Shown here one piece after another: positions 34,180 through 43,565 of a stretch of 64,000 bases of DNA. The DNA is taken from the NCBI GenBank assembly GCA_015233145.1, contig JADFYI010000002.1:44495-108494 (forward strand), given 5' to 3'. The notes under the pieces are model-generated. The model did no database searches. It had not been told where the DNA came from and saw only the letters and a program-made list of their open reading frames with translations. A program made the position numbers and the translations under genes. The stretch's first letter is position 1, and every line of letters begins with the position of its first letter. Source of the DNA: Candidatus Omnitrophota bacterium (lineage in GTDB: Bacteria; Omnitrophota; Gorgyraeia; Zapsychrales; Fredricksoniimonadaceae).

Positions 34180-34244
34180 AAGAATTCTTGAAAAATAACT
34201 CCTAAGCCCACCTGACGGCCAACAGCCGTCGGGGGCTTAGGAGT
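34180..34244. repeat. structured intergenic element, copy 2
   Basis: aagaattcttg aaaaataa then hairpin actcctaagccc-acc(t)gacggc-caaca-gccgtcgg-gggcttaggagt. Same architecture as 19242..19310, with compensatory stem substitutions. Confidence 0.85.
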
Positions 34245-34276
34245 AAGAAAAGTTTCTAACATTATGGAAGGAATCT

Positions 34277-36007
34277 ATGAAGAAAAATAATCCGCACCCC
34301 CCAAAATCCATGACCGGCGCCCAGGCGCTTATCCAGTGCCTCGAAGCCCATGGCGTGGAATATATTTTTGGTTTACCTGGCGGATCAGCGATCCCCATGT
34401 TTGATGCTCTTTATGAATCCAAAATAAAGACCATCCTTGTCCGCCACGAACAGGGCGCAACCCATATGGCTGACGGCTATGCCCGCGCCACTGGCAAGGT
34501 TGGTGTGGCCATTGTGACATCAGGCCCTGGCGCCACCAACACCGTGACCGGCATTATGACAGCCATGATGGATTCCATCCCTGTGGTTGTCTTTACAGGC
34601 CAAACCATTACCCCCATGCTCGGGAAAGATGCCTTTCAGGAATCTGATATTTTCGGCATCACCATGCCTGTGGTGAAACACAATTATCTTGTGAAGGACA
34701 TTAATTCCATTCCGCGCATTGTCAAAGAAGCTTTTCATATCGCTTCCACCGGACGGCCAGGCCCTGTGCTTGTGGATCTTCCCAAAGACATTATTGCCGG
34801 GCCTTTTACCGGTTCCTTAGACCAGGAAATGGATATCCCCGGCTATACCCTGCCGGGAAAACCAAATAAAGCAGACATCCTTAAACTTGCCAAAATGTTT
34901 AAAGCGTCTAAAAAACCTTTGCTTTTGGTGGGCCATGGCGCTTCCATTTCCGGGGCTGACAAGGCTGTGAAAGCGCTGGCTGAAAAAATGCGCTGCCCGG
35001 TTACAATGACCCTTTTGGGCAAGGGCGCCTTTCCTGAAACACACGAGCTTTCTTTAGGAATGCTGGGAATGCATGGCACGGTTTATGCCAATAAGGCGCT
35101 CACCACATGCGATCTTATCTGTTCCATCGGCTCGCGCTGGGATGACCGCATTAACGGCAACAACGATGAATTCTGTATCGGCGCCAAAAAGATTCATATT
35201 GATATTGATCCAGCGGAAATCAATAAAATTGTCCGTCCAGATCTTGCGATTATTGCAGATGCCAGGGCTGTTGTTGAGGAGCTGATCAAGAATGTCGGCC
35301 CTCTGGACACTGCGGACTGGTTAAAGGAACTTGAGTATTACAAAAATGAGTTTCCCTTGCACTTTTCCGATGCCCAAGGCCTGACAGCCCAGCGCGTTAT
35401 TCATGACATTTATGAGGTGACACAAGGCAAGGCCATTGTGACAACAGACGTGGGCCAGCATCAAATGTGGGCGTCCCAGTTTTACAAGACAGACCTCAGC
35501 CGCAACTGGCTTTCTTCAGGCGGCGCCGGAACCATGGGCTACGGATTTCCTGCCGCGATCGGCGCCCAGTTTGGCCGCCCCGGACAACTTGTGGTGGCCA
35601 TTGTCGGCGACGGAGGGTTTCAGATGACACTTTGCGAACTGGCCACAGCCGCGGTTAATAACCAGCCCGTCAAAGTGGTTGTCATTGATAACAAATACTT
35701 GGGCATGGTGCGCCAGTGGCAGGAACTCTTTTTTGACAACCGCCTTTCCGGCGTTGACTTAAAAGGAAACCCTGATTTTGTCAAACTGGCAGAAGCCTAT
35801 GGCATCAAGGGCTTTCATATCAATCATGTGAACGATTGCCGTAAAGTTTTGGAGCAGGCCATGGCGCATCAAGGGCCGGCCCTTATTCATGCCGAGGTTA
35901 TTAAGGAAGGCAATGTGTTTCCCATGATCCCGGCTGGAAAATCGGCGTATCATATCATCACTGAGCCGCCCAAGAAACAGCTTGAAAAACCAACGGGGTC
36001 CACTTAA
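34277..36007 (+). CDS. ilvB: acetolactate synthase large subunit (biosynthetic type)
   Basis: TPP enzyme motifs [32 protein letters not shown] and GDGGFQM. Followed by the regulatory subunit. Confidence 0.93.
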   Translation: MKKNNPHPPKSMTGAQALIQCLEAHGVEYIFGLPGGSAIPMFDALYESKIKTILVRHEQGATHMADGYARATGKVGVAIVTSGPGATNTVTGIMTAMMDSIPVVVFTGQTITPMLGKDAFQESDIFGITMPVVKHNYLVKDINSIPRIVKEAFHIASTGRPGPVLVDLPKDIIAGPFTGSLDQEMDIPGYTLPGKPNKADILKLAKMFKASKKPLLLVGHGASISGADKAVKALAEKMRCPVTMTLLGKGAFPETHELSLGMLGMHGTVYANKALTTCDLICSIGSRWDDRINGNNDEFCIGAKKIHIDIDPAEINKIVRPDLAIIADARAVVEELIKNVGPLDTADWLKELEYYKNEFPLHFSDAQGLTAQRVIHDIYEVTQGKAIVTTDVGQHQMWASQFYKTDLSRNWLSSGGAGTMGYGFPAAIGAQFGRPGQLVVAIVGDGGFQMTLCELATAAVNNQPVKVVVIDNKYLGMVRQWQELFFDNRLSGVDLKGNPDFVKLAEAYGIKGFHINHVNDCRKVLEQAMAHQGPALIHAEVIKEGNVFPMIPAGKSAYHIITEPPKKQLEKPTGST

Positions 36008-36041
36008 AAACTCACATTAACATTGAACAGGAATATTTTTT

Positions 36042-36539
36042 ATGAAACCTGCTGACACACACACATTAAGTATTTTGGTGGCCAACAAACCCGGAGTCCT
36101 TGTGCGCGTGGCGCTGACCTTTGCCCGCCGCGGATATAACATTGATTCTCTGGTTGTCTCCCCATCGCACAACCCGAAGTTTTCGCGTATTACCGTAACG
36201 GCCAAGGGTGACCCGGCAGCGCTGGAACCTGTCATCAAGCAATTGAATAAGCTGATTGATGTGATTCACGCCAGCGAACATGATTTGTCTGTGGCTGTGG
36301 ACATGGAAATGTCGTTATTAAAAGTCAAGGCAACGCCGGCTTCCAAAACGATCATTGCCAAGCACATGAAGGAATATCACGCCAAACTGATTGATGAAAC
36401 GGATAATGTCATGATTATCGCGCAGATGGGGGTCACTTCTGAACTCGACGCGTTTGAGGGGCTGATGAACAAATACGGGCTTATTGAAATGGTCCGTTCC
36501 GGCAAACTCCTCATGACCAAAGGCAAAGAGACAACATAA
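36042..36539 (+). CDS. ilvN: acetolactate synthase small (regulatory) subunit
   Basis: ACT domain HTLSILVANKPGVLVRVALTFARRGYNIDSLVV. 165 aa. Confidence 0.9.
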   Translation: MKPADTHTLSILVANKPGVLVRVALTFARRGYNIDSLVVSPSHNPKFSRITVTAKGDPAALEPVIKQLNKLIDVIHASEHDLSVAVDMEMSLLKVKATPASKTIIAKHMKEYHAKLIDETDNVMIIAQMGVTSELDAFEGLMNKYGLIEMVRSGKLLMTKGKETT

Positions 36540-36544
36540 ATAAA

Positions 36545-39500
36545 CTAATCAAAAATTAAAGCGTTATTATTGACGGGCTTGATGTCCAGGATCACGGGCA
36601 CAAGCCCGTCGATATGAATATTATCAAAATCCTGCTGGCTCACTGGTAAAACCACTCCTTTGCCATCCCGCTTAATTTCCATATCCAGAGTTGACTGCGA
36701 AAGGCTGATACCGCCGTACACGTCTTTGGTTAAGGCGGCTGCATCAGTGTTGTTTTTTTCTTGAAGAACAACTCCCTGGGAGGGGGCCTCCCCCAGCGGA
36801 GACCTCAACTGAAGAGGATTCCTGTCTTTTTCAGCCGGCAACTGGTGCTGTGTCACAGACACAAAAAGCGCATTCTTGATAAACCAGGCTGCTGCCTGCT
36901 TTAAGAAAGAGTCCCTGACTGCCTGCTTTAAATCCTCAGCTGACAAAGGCGGTTTTGAAAATAACGACTCCACAATATCCCGCCCTTCCTGCGTCTCAAT
37001 GTCAAAACCCATGCCTAAAAGAAGTGGCTCAAACTTTTGTGACCATTCATTATTCTGATAGGACTGGCCTGGGTTTCTTTTTTCAAATAATATTTTTTCT
37101 TGAAACAATTCAAATGCCCGCATTAAAGCCTGCATCCTGGAATGCTTTTCCGGGCCGACGGCCAAACGGATATTCTCAACAATCCCTATCATCCTTCTTA
37201 AAAAACTTAACAACCCCTGTCGACGGATATTTACGCCCGTATTGAGCAATACCGAGGCCTCCTTAGACGCTTCAGTTTCTCTTAAAAGAACCTGGGCTTT
37301 GGCAAGGGTATATTTCTGATAATAATCATCCCAGGTGTCCAAAAAGCTTACTGAAAAATAAAATCTATCTGAAACGCGAACCCAGGCAGACTCTGCCCAC
37401 TGGGCCGGAAGCGGGCCGTTGATTGTTTGAAGGACATCTTCATAAACAGAATATAAAGAACCCGCTGATGTCATGATTCGCGCACCCCCGGGGATTTCTT
37501 CACGGGTTTTAATCTCAAAGGACACGCCGACTTTTTCCGGAAGCCCAATGACAGTGCCCTTGACAGGATCCATAAACCTGGGGGCATCCTTCTCGTAATG
37601 CTCATCAGCCAGCAATGAAAATACAATTTCCCGGTCTTCTTCAGACTGGGGGTCAATCCACATTTCTTCAAAAATATTGCTATCAAAAGGAGGCTCAAGA
37701 AATGGCTTATGCAATTTTTGGGCAGAAACCGACCTCCTCAGCCATTTTAAAGCTTCAAAATAACTTTCAAACCTCTTGGGATTTTCATTGTCGATAATAT
37801 CAGACAGGATGCTTAACCTTTCAATGATCCGGACAAGGGATGTATACGGGACTTTTTTTCCGGTGTACAACTCAACGGTTTTTCCATAATCTTTAACGAC
37901 AGCACTTAACTCATCAAGCTGTGCTGATACATATTGTTGCCTGAAAAAATCTTCCGTAACTTTTTCTTTACCAAGATAAACCTTTATCCCCCAGTAAGAC
38001 CCTGCCAGGGATCCCCGTGACAGCGTTAATTCCTGTAAATATCTGAAAAAGTCAAAAAAACGCAGATCATGCTGATAATAAGGCGTTGCTTGACTTTGAG
38101 CTGCTGACCGCCTCATCCGGGAGCGATAAACATGCACGGAGTCTTCCTTGGGAGATATTTTTTCGAGCGATCCATCGTTTGTAAAAGACCAGAATGATTC
38201 CTCATCTTTTTCGCTCTTTTCCCTGGGGGCAACCATCACAGTTCCATCAGGCAAAGATTCCACAACAGACTTTGGAGCTGCCAATAATGTTTGAAGAGGC
38301 CGCCAGCCGTTATCCTTATCCCCCATCCTTGTTATAAAATCACCCTGAGAAGATGTTAACAAAAGAGACCTCTCTCGAGGGTCAAGGAAAACAGCCTCCG
38401 TAAGGTTTTCTTTTGTTAAACCATAGCGGCTCCCATACTTTTCAAGAACAACCTGTGCAGCACTTTTTAGCGAGGCAGAATTCTCGAAGAATGCCCTTTG
38501 GGGTTCAGTCAACACTGTTTGAGCCATGTCCATCTTGTCATAATTTTGAAGAAACTCTTTCTGTGTCTCTGATGAACCTGCCCTTTGGATGACTCCCTTT
38601 TGGGCATAATCATTCACAGTTCCCCCGGAAAAATACTTGCGCGGAATAAGCTCCTGGGTCAATTGATCCAGGTCTTCTTTGATCATGTTAAACACACCCT
38701 TTTGAAACGCGATAATATACTGGTCATAAATTTCTTTATTGTTGGCCGGATTTTGGTCCACTCCCCTAATTTTTCCCTTATCCGCATAAATTTTAGAAAG
38801 GATGGATTCTTTCAGTGTTTGTTTATACCAGGTCGCCAAAAGCATCCCGCTGTAAACCTGGCGGAGCGGGGCAAAATTTCTGCCTTCGTTAACCTCTTTT
38901 TCAATGGCCGGAATAAGAACCTGTCGCATAACCTTTTCTGAAATCTCCGAGGCCTCTTGTGAAGCAACCGGGTTGCCATCAGAAACATTTTTTTGTGTGG
39001 CCAGGTAATCTTTATCCAAAAGAACTTTCAGATGATTCGAAAGCACATAGACATTGTTCCCTTTTTCATAAATCACGGCCTTATCCGGGACAATCCAAAC
39101 TTTATGGAAAGTGTCTGTGGGGATATCTGTTGTCCCGAATTTCTGATAAGCAGTCTGGTAAACCTCTTTCCAGAATTTTTTTCCAAGGTCTGTGTCAGGA
39201 TGGATTAACGACGCGGAAATCTGTTTTAAGAGATAATCCTGCGCCAAAAGGTCCCTGCCCATTTCTGTAAGGCCAAAGTTATCAGGGATAATGCGCTCCT
39301 TCTCGTAAGGAGAAAGGTTGACCCACTGGTCAGTATCAGGGACAGCGAGCGCGGTCAGAAAATATTTGATAAGTTTGGGATATTCCGATTCTTTTTGCTC
39401 TTCTGTCAAAGGCTCATCCCCGCGGTAGATCAAAAAGTCAAATTTAAAAGGATTCGTGGGATCAATCCGCATTCCCTTCATAAATGCAGGGTTAAAAACT

Positions 39501-39634
39501 TGTGTCAGGCTTGTCATGCCCCCTGGCTGCGGCATAAGCCCAATAGCGCTAAGAGGTTCTGAAAACACCAATGACGGAATAATTGAGGTGAAAATAAAGA
39601 AAAAAAGTATTATTAAGGCTGTTATTTTTCTCAC
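36545..39634 (-). CDS. large secreted hypothetical protein (1029 aa)
   Basis: GTG start with GGAG 7 nt upstream. Signal peptide KITALIILFFFIFTSIIPSLVFS. No catalytic motif recognised. The N-terminal segment (LMPQPG...FNPAFMKGMRIDPTNPFKFDFLIY) and C-terminal segment (GGISLSQSTLDMEIKRDGKGVVLPV...IDGLVPVILDIKPV) look like conserved modules I have seen only in unannotated proteins. Confidence 0.75.
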   Translation of the reverse strand: MRKITALIILFFFIFTSIIPSLVFSEPLSAIGLMPQPGGMTSLTQVFNPAFMKGMRIDPTNPFKFDFLIYRGDEPLTEEQKESEYPKLIKYFLTALAVPDTDQWVNLSPYEKERIIPDNFGLTEMGRDLLAQDYLLKQISASLIHPDTDLGKKFWKEVYQTAYQKFGTTDIPTDTFHKVWIVPDKAVIYEKGNNVYVLSNHLKVLLDKDYLATQKNVSDGNPVASQEASEISEKVMRQVLIPAIEKEVNEGRNFAPLRQVYSGMLLATWYKQTLKESILSKIYADKGKIRGVDQNPANNKEIYDQYIIAFQKGVFNMIKEDLDQLTQELIPRKYFSGGTVNDYAQKGVIQRAGSSETQKEFLQNYDKMDMAQTVLTEPQRAFFENSASLKSAAQVVLEKYGSRYGLTKENLTEAVFLDPRERSLLLTSSQGDFITRMGDKDNGWRPLQTLLAAPKSVVESLPDGTVMVAPREKSEKDEESFWSFTNDGSLEKISPKEDSVHVYRSRMRRSAAQSQATPYYQHDLRFFDFFRYLQELTLSRGSLAGSYWGIKVYLGKEKVTEDFFRQQYVSAQLDELSAVVKDYGKTVELYTGKKVPYTSLVRIIERLSILSDIIDNENPKRFESYFEALKWLRRSVSAQKLHKPFLEPPFDSNIFEEMWIDPQSEEDREIVFSLLADEHYEKDAPRFMDPVKGTVIGLPEKVGVSFEIKTREEIPGGARIMTSAGSLYSVYEDVLQTINGPLPAQWAESAWVRVSDRFYFSVSFLDTWDDYYQKYTLAKAQVLLRETEASKEASVLLNTGVNIRRQGLLSFLRRMIGIVENIRLAVGPEKHSRMQALMRAFELFQEKILFEKRNPGQSYQNNEWSQKFEPLLLGMGFDIETQEGRDIVESLFSKPPLSAEDLKQAVRDSFLKQAAAWFIKNALFVSVTQHQLPAEKDRNPLQLRSPLGEAPSQGVVLQEKNNTDAAALTKDVYGGISLSQSTLDMEIKRDGKGVVLPVSQQDFDNIHIDGLVPVILDIKPVNNNALIFD

Positions 39635-39773
39635 TTTACCGCTCCATGACCGGGCTTTTTATAATAACAATGACAACCCACCACTATAAATATGTATTAT
39701 CTATAAAGAAGAAACAATAGTATTACCTGATTTAAAGGAAGCGTTCCCTTGGGAACAAAGAGCTTTTGGGAAG

Positions 39774-39808
39774 GAAATAAAAAAAGAGCCCCCTGTTAAG
39801 GGAGCTCT
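39774..39808 (-). terminator. rho-independent terminator of the SOD gene
   Basis: Stem agagccccc (39785..39793) / gggagctct (39800..39808), 8 of 9 complementary, followed on the minus strand by TTTTTTTATTTCC. Confidence 0.65.
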
Positions 39809-39848
39809 CTATGGCTTTAAAGTTCATTTTATTAATAACAAAACACGA

Positions 39849-40505
39849 TCAAGCGCAACCGCAACCGCAGGAAGACCCTGCCCCTTTGAAACACTTTTTT
39901 GCGGCCAGGTACAACTCATTGACACGCGGCCAATTCACAACATTATAAAATGCTTCAATATACTCAGGCCTGCGGTTTTGATATTTCAAGTAATAGGCAT
40001 GCTCCCAGACATCAATTAAAAAGACCGGCTTCTTGCCAAGAGACAATGGTGAATCCTGATTGGAAGTCTTCATGATTTCAAGCTTGCCTTCTTTATTCAG
40101 AACAAGCCAGGCCCATCCGGAACCAAACTGTGTTGTGGCGGCATCGGAAAACTTGGTCTTAAATTCAGCAAAAGAACCAAATGCCGCCTTGATCGCTTCT
40201 GCCACAGCGTCTTTGGGCTCACCGCCGGATTTTGGCGCGATCACTTCCCAAAAAAGGCTATGGTTTACCGCTCCTCCGCCATTATTGCGTACAGCCATAC
40301 GAACATCTTCCGGAACCTTATCCAGATTGGATAAAATTTCCTCGCCGGTCAGATTTTGAAGTTCACTCTTGCCTGCGATCGCGGCATTGAAACGGTCAAC
40401 GTAAGTCTTGTGGTGCTTGCTGTGATGCGTTTCCATGGTTTTGGCATCAATGAAAGGTTCTAAAGCATCGTAGGCATATTTGAGTGTCGGAAATTCGTAT
40501 GGCAT
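39849..40505 (-). CDS. Fe/Mn superoxide dismutase with Cys-rich C-terminal extension
   Basis: [21 protein letters not shown] and [15 protein letters not shown] motifs. The extra tail is ...[18 protein letters not shown]. Metal specificity not determined. Confidence 0.92.
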   Translation of the reverse strand: MPYEFPTLKYAYDALEPFIDAKTMETHHSKHHKTYVDRFNAAIAGKSELQNLTGEEILSNLDKVPEDVRMAVRNNGGGAVNHSLFWEVIAPKSGGEPKDAVAEAIKAAFGSFAEFKTKFSDAATTQFGSGWAWLVLNKEGKLEIMKTSNQDSPLSLGKKPVFLIDVWEHAYYLKYQNRRPEYIEAFYNVVNWPRVNELYLAAKKCFKGAGSSCGCGCA

Positions 40506-40584
40506 AATATCTCCTTGTTTAATTTTCCTTAAAATTTTTTACAAAGGTATGTCGTTTTCTTTCTAAAAACCTTACGCCAGAGCC

Positions 40585-40986
40585 TTAAAGCCCCTTCTCA
40601 AACTTTTTGCGCCACTCTTTGGGAAGAGCAGTCTTTTGATTGGTTTTCTTATTAACAGCAACACTCACTGTTTTTGCCGAGCCGACAATCCGGCCATCCG
40701 GGCGTTTTAAGGCAAAAAGAAAAACGACTGAGGTTTCACCGATCTTCTCAATGGAAACATCAATATCAACCATGTCCCCCACCACAAGCACAGCCTTATA
40801 ATCCGCCTCGGCATGAATCAGAGGAAAAGTAACTTCGGGATGGTTTAAAATTTCAGAAACAGATACACCCAAGGACTCCAAAAAATGCTCCTTGGCCTCA
40901 TGCACCAAAAAAAACTTGCTTCCAAAAAAAAGGCGGCCTGCGCAGTCGGTGTGATGAATATAAATCCGTACACGATGGGTAAACAT
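40585..40986 (-). CDS. hotdog-fold acyl-CoA thioesterase (4HBT/YbgC-like); candidate DHNA-CoA thioesterase
   Basis: 133 aa. VRIYIHHTDCAGRLFFGSKFFLVHEA is the typical 4HBT N-terminus with catalytic Asp. The menaquinone role is inferred only from proximity to men genes. Confidence 0.7.
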   Translation of the reverse strand: MFTHRVRIYIHHTDCAGRLFFGSKFFLVHEAKEHFLESLGVSVSEILNHPEVTFPLIHAEADYKAVLVVGDMVDIDVSIEKIGETSVVFLFALKRPDGRIVGSAKTVSVAVNKKTNQKTALPKEWRKKFEKGL

Positions 40987-40995
40987 GTCTTTTCC

Positions 40996-42771
40996 TCAAT
41001 TCATATCAAGATTGATGTCTGTACAACTTCCTGCAAAACAATCTTCTTGCTTTTCCCCGCGGATTTGAATGGTATTTACCGGAAGCACTTTCCAGCCAAT
41101 TTTCTGGGGCGATGTTATTAAATGAAAAAGCCCGTTTCTGACCAAAGATGAAATATTATAAAAATCATGAAACAAGGCCGTGACATAAGGGCCCGGGAAA
41201 AACTGTTTTTTCTGAAAGATAGTGGCCCTTAAAACAGCCAGTTCCGCGAGGGAAACACTTGATGGGATAGGATGATCAAAATGAGACGCAGGAAGCGTAA
41301 TAAAATCCTTCTGGGATGACTCTTTCCAACTGCGTTCGGTGCGAAAATTCAAGACATACGCATAGAAAGTGTCCATGGCCTCCTTAAACTCACCGGTCTC
41401 TTCATGCAAATACGTCAAAAGGAGAAGAACCGCGGCCCCGTCTTCCAGAAAACCACCCGAAGATTTCTTTCCACTAAGAGATGTGCGCGCCAATGACACG
41501 CCATCAAAATGCCTTTCCAATAAACAAGAAGCAATCTTTCGGGCATGTGCCAGAAAATGGTCTTCGGATAAATAACGGTAAGCATGAATAAACGCAACCC
41601 CTAAAAGCGCGTTCCAGGACGTCACAATTTTTTCATCACAAAAAGGCGGCTCCTTAAGCCGCCTTTGAAAAAGAAGCTTCTGCTCAATCAGCGGGATAGC
41701 GGTTCCATCAAGCCTGATCAAATGATTTTTGCCTTCAAAATTCCCCTTCTCTGTCACAAAATAAACACGCTTCAACAGGCTTAATTCTTCTTCAGTCAGT
41801 ATCCTGGATAATTCGTCATACGCCCAAAGGTAATAACCGCCCTCCTCATGGTTTATATCCGCATCAAAGGCCGAACAAAAAAGCCCATCACGCTCAAAGG
41901 TGTCTTCCAGGGACTTCACAATTTTAAACGCTGTTTCTTTATACTCCTTTTTCCCCAGCACTTTAAAAGCCAGGGCATAAATCCACAGCATCATGGCCTG
42001 GTCATAAAGCATTTTTTCAAAATGCGGAATAAGCCATTCACGGTCAACGCAATACCGGAAAAACCCTCCCTCCAAATGGTCATGAAGCCCGCGGAGCATC
42101 ATGACATCCAGCGTCTTTTCGAGGATAAGCCGGATACGCTGGTCATTGGAAGAATAATAAAGGAGATATAACAGCGTCGAACTTGGCGGAAATTTGTTTT
42201 CCTGGCCAAATCCGCCATAAACCTGGTCAAAGGCCTCATAACACATCTTAATAATTTCCTCTTCCGCACTCACAGGGGGCTGGCTTTCACTTAAAATGAA
42301 TGGCGAAAGCTTATGGCCGGCGGAGCGGTAAAAATCATAAATTTTCTCAAGAATTTCCAGGAACCCCGGCATGCGGGCCTGCGGCTCAACCGGGGCATAT
42401 GTCAAAGCATAAAGCGGATTAAGGTTCGGAGTCAAAAATGCGTTTAGGGGCCAGCCGCCCTGCACATTTAACGAAAGGATAAAACGCATCAAAAACTGGT
42501 CGATGTCAGGGCGTTCCTCCCGGTCCACTTTGACTGATATAAAGTTTTTATTTAAAAAGTCGGCAATGTCTTTATTGGAAAAGGCTTCTGCGGCCATGAC
42601 ATGACACCAATGGCAGGTGGAATAGCCCACAGAAAAAAAGAGCGGCTTGCCTTTCTTTTTGGCATATTCAAGAGTCGCCTCTCCCCACTCCTGCCACCAA
42701 ATGGGATTCTCCTTATGTTGACGAAGATAAGGAGATGTGGATAAATCCAGATTATTGCGTTCAAAATTCAT
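40996..42771 (-). CDS. thioredoxin-domain protein of the YyaL/DUF255 family
   Basis: SPYLRQHKENPIWWQEWGEA...KPLFFSVGYSTCHWCHVMAAEAF...VKVDREERPDID. The track start at 42795 is a TTG extension, so I use ATG 42771. Confidence 0.85.
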   Translation of the reverse strand: MNFERNNLDLSTSPYLRQHKENPIWWQEWGEATLEYAKKKGKPLFFSVGYSTCHWCHVMAAEAFSNKDIADFLNKNFISVKVDREERPDIDQFLMRFILSLNVQGGWPLNAFLTPNLNPLYALTYAPVEPQARMPGFLEILEKIYDFYRSAGHKLSPFILSESQPPVSAEEEIIKMCYEAFDQVYGGFGQENKFPPSSTLLYLLYYSSNDQRIRLILEKTLDVMMLRGLHDHLEGGFFRYCVDREWLIPHFEKMLYDQAMMLWIYALAFKVLGKKEYKETAFKIVKSLEDTFERDGLFCSAFDADINHEEGGYYLWAYDELSRILTEEELSLLKRVYFVTEKGNFEGKNHLIRLDGTAIPLIEQKLLFQRRLKEPPFCDEKIVTSWNALLGVAFIHAYRYLSEDHFLAHARKIASCLLERHFDGVSLARTSLSGKKSSGGFLEDGAAVLLLLTYLHEETGEFKEAMDTFYAYVLNFRTERSWKESSQKDFITLPASHFDHPIPSSVSLAELAVLRATIFQKKQFFPGPYVTALFHDFYNISSLVRNGLFHLITSPQKIGWKVLPVNTIQIRGEKQEDCFAGSCTDINLDMN

Positions 42772-42837
42772 TCTGTAACAGCCTCTTAGGATCAAGAGTT
42801 AATGATTGATTATTATAACGGCATCTCCCTAAAAAAA

Positions 42838-43557
42838 TCAATTTTCTTTGCCTGCATCATCCTTGAACAAAAGCCCCCTCCCCTCAGGAATCACCATGGC
42901 ACCTGCGCCCACAAGCGCACGAAAAAAAATACTTACCCCTGACACATGATAAAGGGGCGCTGAAAGAGCGCTCTGGACAGAAGAATGACAAGAAGCCACG
43001 ACCTGTGAATCTTCGGCTTGAGAATAAAGATTATGATAGGACAGAGATGTGCGGCTGGGGCGGCCCGAAGGATCCTGGCTCATAATCACGGCCGCTTCAA
43101 AATCAGGGTCCATGGTAATTTCTTCCATCTCATTACCAAAAAAACCCGTGGAAAATTGATAATTAATCATGTCGTCAATCAAAAGAATTTTAAAGCCCTT
43201 TTTGGGGGATTTTGGAAGAAAAGACGCCTTCTTTGATCCTGAGGCTGGGATAAAAACAAACTTTAGCCCGGATGTTTCCAAAGATTGAACAACAAAATCC
43301 TCTGGCGAAGAAGGATCAAGAAGAACGGCAGTGACACCCCCCCGCCACAATGACAAAAGGAGGATCACGAGGGGAAGAGAATTTTCAGAAATAATCATGA
43401 CCCGGGAACCCTTAAGGATATTGATTTCCTTAAGGTGACGGGAGGTGCTTATGACATACGCGTTTAAAAGATCCCAGGAAAAAACCCTTTGCCCGGAAAT
43501 CAGGGCATCTTGACGGGAATAAAGGCTGGCGTTACGGGATAAGGGACATAGGATCAT
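42838..43557 (-). pseudogene. truncated, motif-degenerate acyl-CoA synthetase fragment (MenE-like N-terminal half)
   Basis: 239 aa against about 450-480 for o-succinylbenzoate-CoA ligase. The position of the AMP-binding P-loop T-S-G-[ST]-T-G-x-P-K reads SQDPSGRPS. The ORF ends shortly after LYHVSGVSIF, and the downstream DNA is occupied by the YyaL gene. It could still be an expressed degenerate domain. Confidence 0.5.
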
Positions 43558-43565
43558 GGGAAAAA

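Noticed and set aside
42796-43557. Possibility that the menE-like ORF is merely frameshifted and continues downstream
   Set aside because: Only 42 nt separate its stop from the start region of a full-length YyaL-type gene, whose own N-terminus is intact. There is therefore no room for the missing 220 or so residues in any frame.
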